A DNA stretch of 64,000 bases from an uncultured Gemmatimonadales bacterium. GTDB taxonomy: Bacteria; Gemmatimonadota; Gemmatimonadetes; Longimicrobiales; RSA9. The stretch covers positions 384,001 through 448,000 of the forward strand of contig CAWCUS010000001.1 in the NCBI GenBank assembly GCA_963798845.1, written 5' to 3'. The translations under genes were made by a program, and so were the position numbers. Positions 34,929 to 49,167 of the stretch are shown one piece after another. Below the pieces are notes generated by a model that saw only the letters and a program-made list of their open reading frames with translations, had not been told where the DNA came from and searched no databases. Every line of letters begins with the position of its first letter. Position 1 is the stretch's first letter.

Positions 34929-35336
34929 TCAGCCCTTGTGTGCGACCGGGAGGAGCTCCGCCAGCTCCTTCATGTGACTCCTTGCGGCGAAGACGATGCT
35001 CTCGTACGAAGCCCGCAGCTCCTGGAAATCCAGCGTCTCCAGCTCGAGCGCGTCGCTCAGCGCGATGTCACCCTCCTCGATACCATAGCTGCCGTGCACG
35101 AGGTCCGACGCGTTCAGCTCCAGAAGCTTGCGGTACAGCGGCGCCAGCTGCTGGTCGCTCGGGTCCTGCGGCAGGTCCATCACCTTCAGCCGGAGCAGGA
35201 TCACCGGCGGCGAGTACGTCACCACCACGTTCGTCCCGCCCTCCTCCCCCTTCAGCACCCACATGCTCTCTTCGACCTCCTCGGTCTCCACACCCATCCG
35301 GATGAAGTAGGACTCGAGATCGTCGCGATTCATCAT
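34929..35336 (-). CDS. CesT/YbjN-like chaperone-fold protein
   Basis: LYRKLLELNASDLVHGSYGIEEGDI...LETLDFQEL pattern; directly upstream of pspA. Confidence 0.7.
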   Translation of the reverse strand: MMNRDDLESYFIRMGVETEEVEESMWVLKGEEGGTNVVVTYSPPVILLRLKVMDLPQDPSDQQLAPLYRKLLELNASDLVHGSYGIEEGDIALSDALELETLDFQELRASYESIVFAARSHMKELAELLPVAHKG

Positions 35337-35492
35337 TGGCCGTAGTCTCCGTCTCGGGAAAACCTGCCGATCCGTACGGTACTGGAGCGGGCGGTGTTTC
35401 GGCAACACCGCCGACCCCGGCTCCGGCGCCCTCGCGCCTCCCTTCCCTGTCCATGCCGCGGCCAAGACCCTTCCGTGTTTCGGGGCCCCGTG

Positions 35493-35513
35493 CTATGTAG
35501 TATTACTACTCTA
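35493..35513 (+). promoter_or_regulatory. Putative PadR operator
   Basis: Perfect inverted repeat GTAGTA-T-TACTAC (35497-35509) in an AT-rich patch just before the padR RBS. Confidence 0.6.
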
Positions 35514-35525
35514 TGGGGAGAGACC

Positions 35526-35843
35526 ATGCCCAGACGCCTCGGCTACGCCACCACCGCCATCCTTCGCGCCATCGTCGACGGCGCGGTCTACGGCCTGGAC
35601 ATCATCGAGCGCACGGGGCTGCCGAGCGGGACGGTCTACCCGACGCTGCAGCGGCTGGAGAAGCGGGGATTCGTGACGGGCCGGTGGGAGGCGGACAGCC
35701 TTGCGCGGGCGGAGGGTCGTCCGCGGCGGCGGTACTACCGGCTGACGGCGGCGGGGGAAGCGGCTCTGGCGGAGGCGGTGCGCGAGTTCGGGGCGCTGGC
35801 GGAGGGTCGGCTGCCGCTGCCGGGGCAGGCGGAGGAAGCGTGA
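35526..35843 (+). CDS. PadR family transcriptional regulator (ADOP-associated)
   Basis: YGLDII...[14 protein letters not shown]...[14 protein letters not shown]. Confidence 0.92.
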   Translation: MPRRLGYATTAILRAIVDGAVYGLDIIERTGLPSGTVYPTLQRLEKRGFVTGRWEADSLARAEGRPRRRYYRLTAAGEAALAEAVREFGALAEGRLPLPGQAEEA

Positions 35844-35880
35844 GCGGGGCGGGCGGGGCGGACGGGGGAACGGTGGCCCG

Positions 35881-38652
35881 GTGAGCGGCGGTCCGGGGGG
35901 TGGGTCTCCGGGCGGCGGCCGGAACGCGGAGGACTGGCCTCGATCGGGGCTGCTGGCGGCCGGCCGATCGTGGCTGCGCGGGCTGTCGTCGCTGGTTCCG
36001 GAGGGGCGGCGGGAGGAGTGGCGGTCGGAGTGGGAAGCGGAGCTGTGGCAGCTGTGGCGCCGGGCGACGCGGGTGCCGGAGCGTTACGCGGGTGTGGTGG
36101 CGCGGGGCGAGGGCGAGGGCCTTCTCCGCCTGGCGGCGGTGATGCGGTACCTGGCGGGTGCGCCGTTCTCGGTCATGCACGAGCTGAAGGAGGAGTGGAT
36201 GCGGGACCTTTGGCAGGACGTCCGATACGGCGTGCGCTCGCTGCTGCGGGCGCCTGCGTTCCTGGTGGTGGCGGTGCTGACGCTGGCTCTGGGGATCGGG
36301 GCGAACACGACGGTGTTCTCGCTGGTGAACGCGCTCCTCTTCCGTGCTCCACCCGGGATCGCAGCGCCGGGGCGGCTGGTGCGGATCGGGCGCGGGCACG
36401 CGCCGCGGTTCGACAACTGGTCGATCCCTGTGTACCGGGACCTGCGGGCGGGGGAGGAGGGTCTGGCGGAGGTGGCGGGCTTCGCGAGCGCAGGGTCGGT
36501 GATCGTCGGGCGCGGCCAGGACGCGGCGGCGGTCCCCGCGCAGATGGTGAGCGACAACTACTTCGACGTGCTGGGCGTGCCCCCGGAGCTCGGGCGCACG
36601 TTCGCTTCGGAGGAGGTTACGGAGGCGGGCTCGGCGCCGGTCGCGGTGATCTCGCACGCATTGTGGCGAGCGCGCTTCGGCGGGGACAGCGCGGCCATCG
36701 GCTCGACGCTGGCGGTGAACGGTCTGGCGTTCCGGATCGTGGGGGTGGCACCGGCGGAGTTCGGCGGCTCGGACATCCTGCGGTCGCGGACGGACGTGTG
36801 GGTGCCGTACACGATGGTGGAAACCATGCTCGGCCCGGGCACGGGGGAGCTGCTGAGGCGGCGCTCGTCGAGCTGGTTCTGGGTCTTCGCTCGCCTGGCG
36901 CCGGGGGTATCGTTCGAGCAGGCGTCCGCGGCGACGCGGTCGCTGTACGCGCACCTCGACGAGGAGCACCCGGATCTGGCCGGCCAGGGCATCTGGCTGT
37001 CGCGTGGCGTGGGGCTGACGCCGGAGGATCGCGCATCGGTGCGGCCCACCTCGCGTCTGCTCATGGGGGTGGTGTTCCTGGTGCTGCTGATCGCGTGCGC
37101 AAACCTGGCGGGGCTGGCGCTGGCCCGGGGCGCGAACCGGCGAGGGGAGGTGGGGGTGCGCACGGCCCTCGGCGCCAGCCGGGTACGCGTCGCCCGGCAG
37201 TTCCTGACGGAATCGGTGCTGCTGGCGCTGGTGGCCGGACCCGCCGCGCTGGGCCTGACCTGGCTGGTGGCCGCCGAGCTGCCGGCGCTGGTGCCGTACC
37301 CGGTATCGGTGGGCTTCGACCCGGATGGGCGCGTGCTGGCCCTCGGTCTGGCGCTGGCGCTGGCGGCGGGCGTCCTGTTCGGCCTTGCGCCGGCTCTGGC
37401 GTCCGCGCGGAGCGACGTGCGCGCAGCGCTGGCCGGCAGCTCGCGCGCCGTGGTGGGCCGGGGCGGGCGCTTCGGCCGCGGCCTCGTCGCCGCGCAGCTG
37501 GCCCTCACCTTCGTGCTCCTGGCAGGCACCAGTGTGCTGCTACGCAGCCTGTGGAGCGCGCGGGCGCTGGATCCCGGCTTCGACGCGGATCACGTGGCCG
37601 CCGTGACGCTGGACGTCGGAATGCGCGGAGGGTACGACGCGGGCGCCGGCCGCGCGTTCTACCGGGACCTTCTCTCCGCCGCGCGGGCGCTCCCGGGAGT
37701 GACGGCGGTGGGGCTCGCCTCCGAGCTCCCGGTGGCCGACTTCCAGTCCAATCATACGCCTCTGGCGCCGGGCGAGAAGACGGACCGCGATGCGCCCCCG
37801 CCTGCGCCCGTGCTGTCTTCGCCGGCCGGGGCCGGGTACTTCGACGCCATCGGGCTGCCGCTCGTCTCCGGCCGGACGTTCGTGGCCGGCGACTACGGGG
37901 AGGACGCGGAGCGCGTGGTCGTGATCAACCAGGCGCTGGCGAAGCGGTTCTTCGGCGACGCGGACCCGGTGGGCAGGGTGCTGCCCTTCGCTGCGGACCC
38001 GGATTGGGACGCGCCCACGCGGGTCGTGGGCGTGGCGGCCGACTCGAAGAACCGGAGCCTGCGGGCGCCGTCGTGGGCTCAGTACTGGTACCCGTGGGGA
38101 CGCGAGTACCGGGGCGGGATGACACTGGTCGCCCGGACGGCGGGCGATCCGCGTCCGCTGGTGGCGGGGCTCACCGAGCTGGTGCAGCGGATCGACCCCG
38201 GCATGCCCGTGCTCCGGGCCGCGCCGTTGCGGGAGCTGGTGGGCGGAACGCTGCGCGACACCCGTATGCTCTCGTCGCTCATCGCGATCTTCGGCGCTCT
38301 CGCGCTGGTGCTCGCTGCCGTGGGGCTGTACGGCGTGATGGCGTACACGGTGGCGCGCCGCACCCGGGAGATGGGGGTGCGGATCGCCATGGGCGCTACA
38401 CGGCGCGTGGTCCTGCTCATGGTGCTCCGCCAGGGGCTCCGGCTCGTGGTCATCGGGCTCGCGCTCGGGATCCCGCTCGCTCTCGCCGGACTCCGCCTCC
38501 TCGAGAGCTCCCTCTTCCAGGTCTCGCCGGCGGACCCGCTCTCGCTGGCGGCCGGTGCCGCGGTGCTCGTCCTGGTGGCCACGGCGGCGGCCGTGATCCC
38601 CGCCCGCCGCGCCACGCGTGTGGAGCCCGCTGCCGCGCTGCGCGAGGAGTGA
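35881..38652 (+). CDS. ADOP family duplicated MacB/FtsX-like permease
   Basis: [16 protein letters not shown]...[44 protein letters not shown]...[23 protein letters not shown]. Confidence 0.93.
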   Translation: MSGGPGGGSPGGGRNAEDWPRSGLLAAGRSWLRGLSSLVPEGRREEWRSEWEAELWQLWRRATRVPERYAGVVARGEGEGLLRLAAVMRYLAGAPFSVMHELKEEWMRDLWQDVRYGVRSLLRAPAFLVVAVLTLALGIGANTTVFSLVNALLFRAPPGIAAPGRLVRIGRGHAPRFDNWSIPVYRDLRAGEEGLAEVAGFASAGSVIVGRGQDAAAVPAQMVSDNYFDVLGVPPELGRTFASEEVTEAGSAPVAVISHALWRARFGGDSAAIGSTLAVNGLAFRIVGVAPAEFGGSDILRSRTDVWVPYTMVETMLGPGTGELLRRRSSSWFWVFARLAPGVSFEQASAATRSLYAHLDEEHPDLAGQGIWLSRGVGLTPEDRASVRPTSRLLMGVVFLVLLIACANLAGLALARGANRRGEVGVRTALGASRVRVARQFLTESVLLALVAGPAALGLTWLVAAELPALVPYPVSVGFDPDGRVLALGLALALAAGVLFGLAPALASARSDVRAALAGSSRAVVGRGGRFGRGLVAAQLALTFVLLAGTSVLLRSLWSARALDPGFDADHVAAVTLDVGMRGGYDAGAGRAFYRDLLSAARALPGVTAVGLASELPVADFQSNHTPLAPGEKTDRDAPPPAPVLSSPAGAGYFDAIGLPLVSGRTFVAGDYGEDAERVVVINQALAKRFFGDADPVGRVLPFAADPDWDAPTRVVGVAADSKNRSLRAPSWAQYWYPWGREYRGGMTLVARTAGDPRPLVAGLTELVQRIDPGMPVLRAAPLRELVGGTLRDTRMLSSLIAIFGALALVLAAVGLYGVMAYTVARRTREMGVRIAMGATRRVVLLMVLRQGLRLVVIGLALGIPLALAGLRLLESSLFQVSPADPLSLAAGAAVLVLVATAAAVIPARRATRVEPAAALREE

Positions 38653-38788
38653 GGCTGCGCGGGGCGGGGCCGGGTTGAAACCCTTTCCCGGCCCGGGGCG
38701 TAAGTGAAAAACCGCCGCCTGCCACTGCGCCGCATCCCCAATGCCGGGGCATCGGGGCGTGACCCGCTGTCCCACAGGAGCCTCTCCC

Positions 38789-39079
38789 ATGCCCCGCCTC
38801 CTCGAAGCCTGGACCCGCGACCTCGCGCGCGCTGCACGCACCCTCCTGCGCGCTCCCGGCTTCGCGGCAGTGGCCGCGCTCACGCTCGCGCTCGGGATCG
38901 GCGCCGCCCTCGCCCTCACCCGCTTCCTCCGCACCCTGCTCTTCGGCGTCGCCGCCATGGATGCGACAGTGCTCGTGGCCGTCGCCGCGCTCATGGTCGG
39001 CGTTGCGGTGCTGGCCAGCTACGTTCCCGCCCGTCGGGCGTCGGCGGTGGACCCCGTGGAGGCGATCCGGACGGAGTGA
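38789..39079 (+). pseudogene. Mini-ADOP: N- and C-termini of an ADOP permease fused in frame (96 aa)
   Basis: [30 protein letters not shown] joined to ALALTRFLRTLLFGV...LASYVPARRASAVDPVEAIRTE. Confidence 0.75.
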
Positions 39080-39282
39080 CGGAGGCGGTTAGGGGGCACG
39101 CGTCGTCGAGTCGCCGATTCTCGCGCGACCTTCAGGGGCGGCATATGTTAACCCCGGTTTCGCTTCTCCCGGCGCCTCGCCGTACCGGCCACGGCGGTCA
39201 GGGCCGCACGAGGAGGTCGGGCGGCGGCAGCAGGGCCTCGCGAGGAGCGACGACCGCCGACTTCCAACCGGAGGGGTTGCAG

Positions 39283-39762
39283 ATGCAGGACAAGAGCATC
39301 GAGCTGCTGAACCAGGGTCTGGCCGACGAGATGTGGGCCGTGCACCAGTACATGTACTTCCACGTCCACTGCGACGACCAGGGATACGACCTTCTGGCAG
39401 GCCTGTTCAAGCGCACTGCCATCGCGGAGATGCATCACGTGGAGGAGTTCGCGGAGCGGATCCTCTTCCTGGGCGGCAAGGTGGAGATGAAGGCCGCCCA
39501 CGAGGTGGAGGACATCCACGACATCGCCGGGATGCTGAAGAAGGCGCTGGAGATGGAGCAGGAGGCTGTGGAGAGCTACAACGCGGCGGCGAGCGCGTGC
39601 AGCGCGGACGCGGGGTCCCGCAAGATCTTCGAGGACCTGGTGACGGACGAGGAAGGTCACGCGGATGCGTTCGAGACGGAGCTGGACCACCTCGACCGCT
39701 ACGGCGAGCAATACCTGGCGCTGCAGTCCATCGAGCGGGCGAAGGGGCTGGCCGGCAGCTGA
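39283..39762 (+). CDS. bfr: Bacterioferritin
   Basis: ADEMWAVHQY, IAEMHHVEEFAERILFLGG (heme Met, ferroxidase E/H), LEMEQ, DEEGHA. Confidence 0.88.
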   Translation: MQDKSIELLNQGLADEMWAVHQYMYFHVHCDDQGYDLLAGLFKRTAIAEMHHVEEFAERILFLGGKVEMKAAHEVEDIHDIAGMLKKALEMEQEAVESYNAAASACSADAGSRKIFEDLVTDEEGHADAFETELDHLDRYGEQYLALQSIERAKGLAGS

Positions 39763-39798
39763 CACCCGGCACGAGCCGATCGCAGCGGCGGCGGCGTC

Positions 39799-42702
<2,904 letters not shown>

Positions 42703-42771
42703 TGACACGGGGGCTTCAGGGTGCGGACCAGGGGCGGTGATACACCGGGGGGGGTGTGGTGGTCCGCAGTT

Positions 42772-43000
42772 GGGCTCGACCTGCGGTCTCGCAGAGGGGC
42801 TCAGCCCGTTCGGGCTTCGCAGAGGGGCTCGACCTGCGGTCTCGCAGAGGGGCTCGGCCTTCGGCCTCGCAGAGGGGCTCGGCCTTCGGCCTCGCAGAGG
42901 GGCTCGACCTGCGGTCTCGCAGAGGGGCTCAGCCCGTTCGGCCTCGCAGAGGGGCTCGGCCTTCGGCCTCGCAGGAACTGGGGGCGCCTCTGCGAGGCCG
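42772..43000 (+). repeat. Hairpin-module array E (8 modules plus an inverted partial copy)
   Basis: Seven complete copies of linker TCGCAGAGGGGCTC separate GACC-TGC-GGTC, AGCCC-GTTC-GGGCT and GGCC-TTC-GGCC modules; inverted CCTCTGCGAGGCCG at 42987-43000. Confidence 0.92.
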
Positions 43001-43012
43001 GAGACCGGGGGC

Positions 43013-45439
43013 CTACGGCATCGTCACGGGCCGCGCTCCCGCCCCCTTAACGTACGTGTCGAACCACGCGATCATCTCGGCCAGCGTGTCCATGATGGAC
43101 TCGCGGGCGCGATAGCCGTGGCTCTCGGCGGGGAGCATGACGAGGCGGGCAGTGCCGCCGAGCCCCTTCATGGCGTGGAACATCCGCTCGCTCTGGATCG
43201 GGAACGTGCCGCTGTTGTTGTCGGCAATGCCGTGGATCATGAGGAGCGGCTCGTCGATGTCGCCGGCGTGCATGAACGGCGACATCGCGTAGTAGATGTC
43301 CGGCGCGTCCCAGTACGTGCGCTGCTCGTTCTGGAAGCCGAACGGCGTGAGCGTGCGGTTGTACGCCCCGCTGCGGGCAATGCCGGCGCGGAACAGGTCG
43401 GAGTGGGCCAGGAGATTGGCGGTCATGAACGCGCCGTAGCTGTGCCCGCCCACGCCCATCCGGTCGCGGTCGCCGACGCCCATGTCGACCAGCTTGTCCA
43501 CGGCGGCCCGGGCGCTGGCCACCAGCTGCTGGACGTACGTGTTGTTGGCCGTGTCGCCGCCGATGATGGGCATGCTCGGACCGTCGAAAACGGCGTAGCC
43601 CTGAGTCAGGAAGAACAGGTGGCTCGGCCCGCTGAACGTGGTGAAGCGATTCTCCGAGGAGCGCACCTGCCCCGCGGCTGCCGCGGAAACGAACTCTCGC
43701 GGGTAGGCCCACAGGACCACGGGCAGCCGCTGGCCCGCCTGGTGGCCGGCCGGAAGGTAGAGCGTCCCGCTCAGCGGCACGCCGTCGGCGCGCTCGTAGA
43801 CCACGAGCTGCTTGGTGATCCCGCGCAGCTCGGGCGCGGGGTCCTCGAACGCCGTGACGGCGACGTCGCCGTGGCCCGGCAGGTCGAGCACGTGGTAGTT
43901 CGGCGGCTCGGTCTTCGACTCGCGACGCGTGAGCACGCGCCCCGCGCCCGCGTCCAGCACGTCCACCACGCCCTCGTACTCCTCGGCACCGGACTGCCAC
44001 AGCCGCTCGGTCCGGAAGGTCTCCAGGTCGAGGCGGTCGAGGAACGGCCGGTCGCCCTCGGGCAATGCGCCGTCGCCGGCCAGGTAGATGGCGCTCCCAT
44101 CCTGGAGCAGGACCCGCTCGCCCGTGGCCGTGGACACCATCTGCGGCCGCCCCGGGTCGCCGTACGCGTCCTCACGGCTCCGGTCCCACAGCAGCCGTCG
44201 CTCCGCCCGCGGCCGGTCGGGGTCGAAGACCCACGTGCGCATCCACTGCCGGGCGCGCTCGTAGTCGCTCAGCAGGGCGACGCCGTTCCCCCACTCGATC
44301 CCCGCGTACCGCTCTTCCGTCCGGGCGAGCTCGCGCGGCTCACCCATGAACGGCGCATCCAGCTGGAGCACCTGGTCGCGGAACTCCGCGGGCCGGTCGG
44401 GATCACCGCCGTCCAGCGCTTCGGCCCACACGAGCGAGCCGGGCAGGAGGGGTCGCCATTCCAGGCTGCGAGGACCGGATCGCACCCCGCGGATCGGAAC
44501 GTCGTCGGCGATCGGCAGGTCCGCGAGCTGCCGGAGGAGGTCGCCCTTCCGGTTCCAGATCTCGTACGCCACCGGGAAGTCGTAGACGGGAACGAGGTAG
44601 GAGTAGGGGCGGTGCACACGCCGGACGAGGAGATAGTCTCCGCCGGGCGCCGGCGACGCCCCCTGGAAGACGGCGGGGCTCCCCACCCGCGCGGCCTGAC
44701 CGGTGGCCACGTCGACCAGCGCCACCTGCGACGTCATGTAGTAGTCGAAGAGCGCCTCGTCGTGCGGGTTTTCCAGCATGTCCTCGTACGTCCGGACGGG
44801 TGCGACGCGCCCCGTGGTCTCCTGAACGACGGGGCTCGCCGGCACCTTCGGCTCCGGCGGCGGTGCGCCGCGGTCGGCGGGCACCATGAGGCACACGAGG
44901 CTGGCCCCATCGGGCATCCAGTCGCAGCCGCCCGCGACGGCGTTGATGTCCCGGGCGACGAGCCTGCCCGCACCCGTGTTCACGTCCACCACCCACTGGT
45001 CCACCCCGTCGTCCCGGGTGAGCGGGAAAGTGAACCGGCTGCCGTCCGGAGACCACGACGCGAGGCCGGGGGCGCCGCCCCCGACGTTCACCGGCCTGTG
45101 CGTGCCGTCCGCCAGGCGCACCAGCTCGAAGCCGGTGAGGGTGACGTAGGCGTCGGCCCGGCCGTTGGTCGCCGGGTTGATGCGCAGCCCCGCGATCCGA
45201 AGCATCGGCTGGGCGACTTCCGAGAGTGGCGGCATGCTGGCGCGGTCCTGGAGCAGCAGCCACTCGCCTTTCGGACCGGCGGTCGCGATCGGGAACGGCG
45301 GCGCGTCGAGGATCTGGGGGATCGGCGCCGGCGGCATCCGGTAGCCGCCCTGGGCGGCGAGAGGAGCGGAGAAAGCTGCGACCAGCGCGGCCAAGGTGGC
45401 GACCGCGTGGACGGGAGACGAACGAGGCATCGTCGGCAC
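43013..45439 (-). CDS. S9 family (prolyl oligopeptidase-like) secreted peptidase
   Basis: Signal peptide; [37 protein letters not shown] (Ser-Asp-His triad). Confidence 0.92.
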   Translation of the reverse strand: MPTMPRSSPVHAVATLAALVAAFSAPLAAQGGYRMPPAPIPQILDAPPFPIATAGPKGEWLLLQDRASMPPLSEVAQPMLRIAGLRINPATNGRADAYVTLTGFELVRLADGTHRPVNVGGGAPGLASWSPDGSRFTFPLTRDDGVDQWVVDVNTGAGRLVARDINAVAGGCDWMPDGASLVCLMVPADRGAPPPEPKVPASPVVQETTGRVAPVRTYEDMLENPHDEALFDYYMTSQVALVDVATGQAARVGSPAVFQGASPAPGGDYLLVRRVHRPYSYLVPVYDFPVAYEIWNRKGDLLRQLADLPIADDVPIRGVRSGPRSLEWRPLLPGSLVWAEALDGGDPDRPAEFRDQVLQLDAPFMGEPRELARTEERYAGIEWGNGVALLSDYERARQWMRTWVFDPDRPRAERRLLWDRSREDAYGDPGRPQMVSTATGERVLLQDGSAIYLAGDGALPEGDRPFLDRLDLETFRTERLWQSGAEEYEGVVDVLDAGAGRVLTRRESKTEPPNYHVLDLPGHGDVAVTAFEDPAPELRGITKQLVVYERADGVPLSGTLYLPAGHQAGQRLPVVLWAYPREFVSAAAAGQVRSSENRFTTFSGPSHLFFLTQGYAVFDGPSMPIIGGDTANNTYVQQLVASARAAVDKLVDMGVGDRDRMGVGGHSYGAFMTANLLAHSDLFRAGIARSGAYNRTLTPFGFQNEQRTYWDAPDIYYAMSPFMHAGDIDEPLLMIHGIADNNSGTFPIQSERMFHAMKGLGGTARLVMLPAESHGYRARESIMDTLAEMIAWFDTYVKGAGARPVTMP

Positions 45440-45650
45440 TCCGTTCTTGGCTCAGCCTGCTGGCCTGGCCAGTGGCTCGGGGGTGGACGCGACGCGCGGT
45501 CGCGCCGGGGTCTCGGCGCGACGCCAGGATCGCGCGATCGCTTCGGCTTCGCCTCGGAGGATCACCCTTCCGCGGGAGCCGTGAAGATGGGACGTCCGGC
45601 CTTCGAAGGCCACCCCCCTGCAGGGCCCCCTGGAGAGTCCGGGCCCCGCT

Positions 45651-46214
45651 CTACCTCACCCGCTCTATGTACGTCCCGCCTTCCGGATCCACGCGCACCG
45701 TCTCGCCCTTGTCGACGAAGGCGGGGACCTGGATGGTGACGCCATTCTCCAGCTTGGCGGGCTTGGTCACGGAGGTGCGGGTGTCGCCGCGCACGCCGGG
45801 CTCGGTCTCCACGACCTCGAGCTCGAGTGTGCGCGGGAGCTGGACTCCGAGCGGGGAGCCTTCGAGGAACTCGACCTGGACGTTCATGTTCGGGATCAGC
45901 CACTGAGCGGAGTCGCCGAGGGTGTCGTCGCCGATGGGGAACTGCTCGAAGGTCTGATTGTTCATGAAGTAGTGGTGATGGCCGTCATGGTACAGGAACT
46001 GGAGCTCCTGCGTCATCATCTCGGCCTTCTCCACCGTGTCGGCGGACCGGAACCGGTGCTCGAAGATGGTCCCCGTGAGGATGTTCTTCAGCTTGGTCTG
46101 CATGTACGCCGGGCCCTTCCCCGGCTTGATGTGCTGAAACTCCATGACGCGGCAGGGCTCACCCTCGTGCATGATCACCGTGCCGCGGCGGAGCTGTGAG
46201 GCCGACATCGCCAT
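45651..46214 (-). CDS. efp: Elongation factor P
   Basis: [35 protein letters not shown]...VPAFV. Confidence 0.97.
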   Translation of the reverse strand: MAMSASQLRRGTVIMHEGEPCRVMEFQHIKPGKGPAYMQTKLKNILTGTIFEHRFRSADTVEKAEMMTQELQFLYHDGHHHYFMNNQTFEQFPIGDDTLGDSAQWLIPNMNVQVEFLEGSPLGVQLPRTLELEVVETEPGVRGDTRTSVTKPAKLENGVTIQVPAFVDKGETVRVDPEGGTYIERVR

Positions 46215-46343
46215 GGATGCGCGTGCTCCAGTTCACGGTCCAGAATACGAACAGCCCCGCGTACGCGAGGCCTCGAAGCGCCGGAATGTCGCCGCACGAC
46301 GCGCACCGGGCAAGCCCCCGCGGCTGCGCCGATCGGGGTGGGA

Positions 46344-47240
46344 TCAGCCGGGCGGGCGAGCGCCGGGGGTGTCGGCGGCCGCTCTCCGGTGGTCGTCCAG
46401 CCACGTCACGATCCGGGGCCACACCTCGACGCGCGCCGCCCGGCTCACAACGATGCCCGGGTGGTCGAAGTCCTCGCTGAACCCGGTCTCCCGGCCGGCG
46501 AGGACGTAGCTGGCATCGGCGCTTCCCATCATCTCCACCACGCCGCGGCAGGCGTCGGGCGGCGCGAACACGGTGTCGCCGGCGCCGCTCATGGCGAGGA
46601 CGGGCGTGCACACCGACTGGAGCCGCTCGACGTAGTCGGTGCCGTCGCAGCCCCGCCACTCGCGTTTCAGGTTCCACGTCATCCACTGCGCCATGACGCC
46701 GGGGAGCTCGTCCTCGGGGCCGAGCCCGAGCAGGCGAGCGGGGAAACGGCCCAGGAGCCGGGAGGCGGCCCGGATCGTCCACGCGCCCACTCGTCGCCAG
46801 CGCTGAAGCCAGGGCACGGGCGTGCCCAGGACGACCACGCCGGCCACCCGCTCGCGCAGCGCGGGCTCACCCGCGAGCGCGATGAGCATGGAGGCCCCTC
46901 CCGCGGAGTGGCCCACGAGCAATACGGGAGCGCCATCGGGTGCGGCCGCGGAAACGGCGGCGGGCACGTCCAGTCGGCCCCAGTGCTCGAATCGCCATGG
47001 ACGGCCGCGCGCCCGCTCGCTTCCGCCGTGGCCCCGCGGGTCGAGGACGACGGCCTCGTACCCCGCGTCGGCGAGGTGCCACGCCATTCCGCGGCCGCCG
47101 GTGCCGAGCCAGAAGGTGTGATTCGAGAAGGTGCCTGGCATCAGGACCACGGGCGGCGCCGTCGGCTCGCCCACGCGGTAGAGCGCGAGGCGCGTGCCGT
47201 CGCCAGCCCGGACCTGGTCCCGCCGGACGCGCTCCGTCAC
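46344..47240 (-). CDS. Alpha/beta fold hydrolase
   Basis: DPRGHGGS, VGHSAGG nucleophile elbow, GAGD, FDHPG; start GTG 47240 or 47270. Confidence 0.85.
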   Translation of the reverse strand: MTERVRRDQVRAGDGTRLALYRVGEPTAPPVVLMPGTFSNHTFWLGTGGRGMAWHLADAGYEAVVLDPRGHGGSERARGRPWRFEHWGRLDVPAAVSAAAPDGAPVLLVGHSAGGASMLIALAGEPALRERVAGVVVLGTPVPWLQRWRRVGAWTIRAASRLLGRFPARLLGLGPEDELPGVMAQWMTWNLKREWRGCDGTDYVERLQSVCTPVLAMSGAGDTVFAPPDACRGVVEMMGSADASYVLAGRETGFSEDFDHPGIVVSRAARVEVWPRIVTWLDDHRRAAADTPGARPPG

Positions 47241-47274
47241 CGCGGCGGAGCGGGTCGGCCCGCGCCGCACGGCA

Positions 47275-48219
47275 TCACGTCAGCGCCGGAGCGACGATCC
47301 GCACGCCGCGCTCCACGGCCGTGGCGGTCATGGGCGTGGCCCCGGCGGGGTCGCCGTCGATCTGGACGGGAATGGCGGGGTCGCTCTCGATGGTCACCTC
47401 GCGGGCCTGGAAGTGGATGAGCCGGTCGTCGGCGCCTCGGAAGTGGCGGCCCATGGCCTTCCACAGCAGCGGCGGCACGTCAATGACGTTGCGCGGGGCG
47501 AGGATGACGACATCGAAGAGTCCGTCCTGCCAGGAGCGGCGGGGCTGGGGGGCGAGGGGGAGCCCGAACGGGATGAACTGGGCGAACAGCTCGCCCACGT
47601 TGGCGAGCATCACGCTCACCGCGCGGACCTCGACCACCTCTCCGTCCGCGGTGATCCGGAAGTCCACCGGCTGTGCCGTCAGCGCCTCCTTCACCGCGGC
47701 GAAGATGTACGCCGCAAAACCCCAGCGCTCCTTCAGCCCGCGGGTGGCGGAGCCCATGACCGCGGCATCGAAGCCGGCGCCGGCGACGAGGGCGAAGACG
47801 CGGTCGCCCACGCGCCCGAGGTCGACCGACGCCGCCTCGCCGCGGACGGCCACCTCCACCGCCTCCTCGATCCCTTCGGGGATGCGCAGGTTGCGGGCGA
47901 CCTGGTTGCCGGTTCCGCGGGGGATGATGGCCAATGGGGTCTCGGTGCCGGCCAGCCCCGTGACCGCCTCGGCAATGGTGCCATCGCCGCCGACCACGCA
48001 AACGCAGCGGTAGCCGAGAGCCGCGGCCTCGCGGGCGAGAGCGGTGCCGTGCCCGGCGTGGGCGGTCTCGGCCAGGTCGAACGCGACGCGGCGCGCGGCG
48101 AACGCGCCGCCGATCAGCCGGCGCAGGCGAGCGGGGTCTTCCTGCCCGGCCGCCGGATTCAGGATGATGAACGTGCGGCCGGCGTAGGGGCCGGCCGCAC
48201 GGTCGCGGTCGGGCGTCAC
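47275..48219 (-). CDS. Diacylglycerol/lipid kinase family protein (YegS/DagK-like)
   Basis: ILNPAAG, GGDGTI, IPRGTGN, GAGFDA, DGLFDV, QIDGD. Confidence 0.92.
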   Translation of the reverse strand: MTPDRDRAAGPYAGRTFIILNPAAGQEDPARLRRLIGGAFAARRVAFDLAETAHAGHGTALAREAAALGYRCVCVVGGDGTIAEAVTGLAGTETPLAIIPRGTGNQVARNLRIPEGIEEAVEVAVRGEAASVDLGRVGDRVFALVAGAGFDAAVMGSATRGLKERWGFAAYIFAAVKEALTAQPVDFRITADGEVVEVRAVSVMLANVGELFAQFIPFGLPLAPQPRRSWQDGLFDVVILAPRNVIDVPPLLWKAMGRHFRGADDRLIHFQAREVTIESDPAIPVQIDGDPAGATPMTATAVERGVRIVAPALT

Positions 48220-48232
48220 CGGCGGTACGGGC

Positions 48233-49093
48233 TCAGGCCTCGCCGCCCTGGCGCGCCATTTCCTCGAGCCGCGCCACCCGCTCCTCCGTGGAGGGGTGCG
48301 TGCTGAAGAGCGAGGAGAACGCGCGTCGCTGACCGGCGAGCGGATTGACGATAGCCAGCGATGCCCCGGCCGGATTGATGTTCATGGGGATGCGCCGGCT
48401 GTACGCGTCCAGCTTCTCGAGCGCGTGTGCGAGCCCCATTGGGTTGCCGCTGATCTCCGCGCCGGTGCGGTCCGCCTGGAACTCGTTCTGCCGGCTGATG
48501 GCGAACTGGATCATCATCGCGGCGATCGGCGCGACGATCGCCGCCGCCAGCGCGCCCAGACCCCCACCGTCGCGGTCGCGCCCGCCGTAGCCCCCGAAGA
48601 TCGCGCCCCACGCCACCATGCGCCCGATCATGGCCACGGCGCCCGCCATGGTCGCGGCCACGGTGCCCGTGAGCATGTGGTGGTGCTTGACGTGGGCGAG
48701 CTCGTGGGCCAGCACGCCCTCGATCTCATCCTTGTCCACCAGCTTCAGGATGCCGGCCGTGCAGCACACCACCGCGTGCTCCGGGTTCCGCCCGGTGGCG
48801 AACGCGTTGGGCTGCTCCTGTGCCGAGATGGCCAGGGTCGGCATGGGGAGCCCCGCCCGCTGTCGGAGCCGGTCCACCAGGTCGTAGAGCTCGGGCACCT
48901 GCTCGCGATCCACCACCTTCGCTCGATACATGCGGAGGACGGCCTTGTCGCTCCACCAGTACATGCCGAAGTTCATGATGGCTGCGAACGCGAAGAAGAT
49001 GACCGCGCCGCTCTGCCCGCCAATGTACCCCCCGAGCACGACCAGCAGGGCCGTGAGCCCCGCCATCAGGAGGAATACCTTTGTACGCTGCAT
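48233..49093 (-). CDS. htpX: Zinc metalloprotease HtpX
   Basis: QPNAFATGRNP, GVLAHELAHV, AISRQNEFQADR, LFSTHPSTEER. Confidence 0.95.
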   Translation of the reverse strand: MQRTKVFLLMAGLTALLVVLGGYIGGQSGAVIFFAFAAIMNFGMYWWSDKAVLRMYRAKVVDREQVPELYDLVDRLRQRAGLPMPTLAISAQEQPNAFATGRNPEHAVVCCTAGILKLVDKDEIEGVLAHELAHVKHHHMLTGTVAATMAGAVAMIGRMVAWGAIFGGYGGRDRDGGGLGALAAAIVAPIAAMMIQFAISRQNEFQADRTGAEISGNPMGLAHALEKLDAYSRRIPMNINPAGASLAIVNPLAGQRRAFSSLFSTHPSTEERVARLEEMARQGGEA

Positions 49094-49167
49094 TGTCGCT
49101 CGCTACCGGTTCAGGGTCGCTCGTCAACCTTTGAAGATACCCCGGCCAGGGCGCCCCGGTCCACCGG

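Noticed and set aside
45440..45650. GC hairpins between efp and the S9 peptidase gene
   Set aside because: Stems exist (GTCGCGCCG...CGGCGCGAC) but have no U-tract or family motif, and such stems are common by chance at this GC content.
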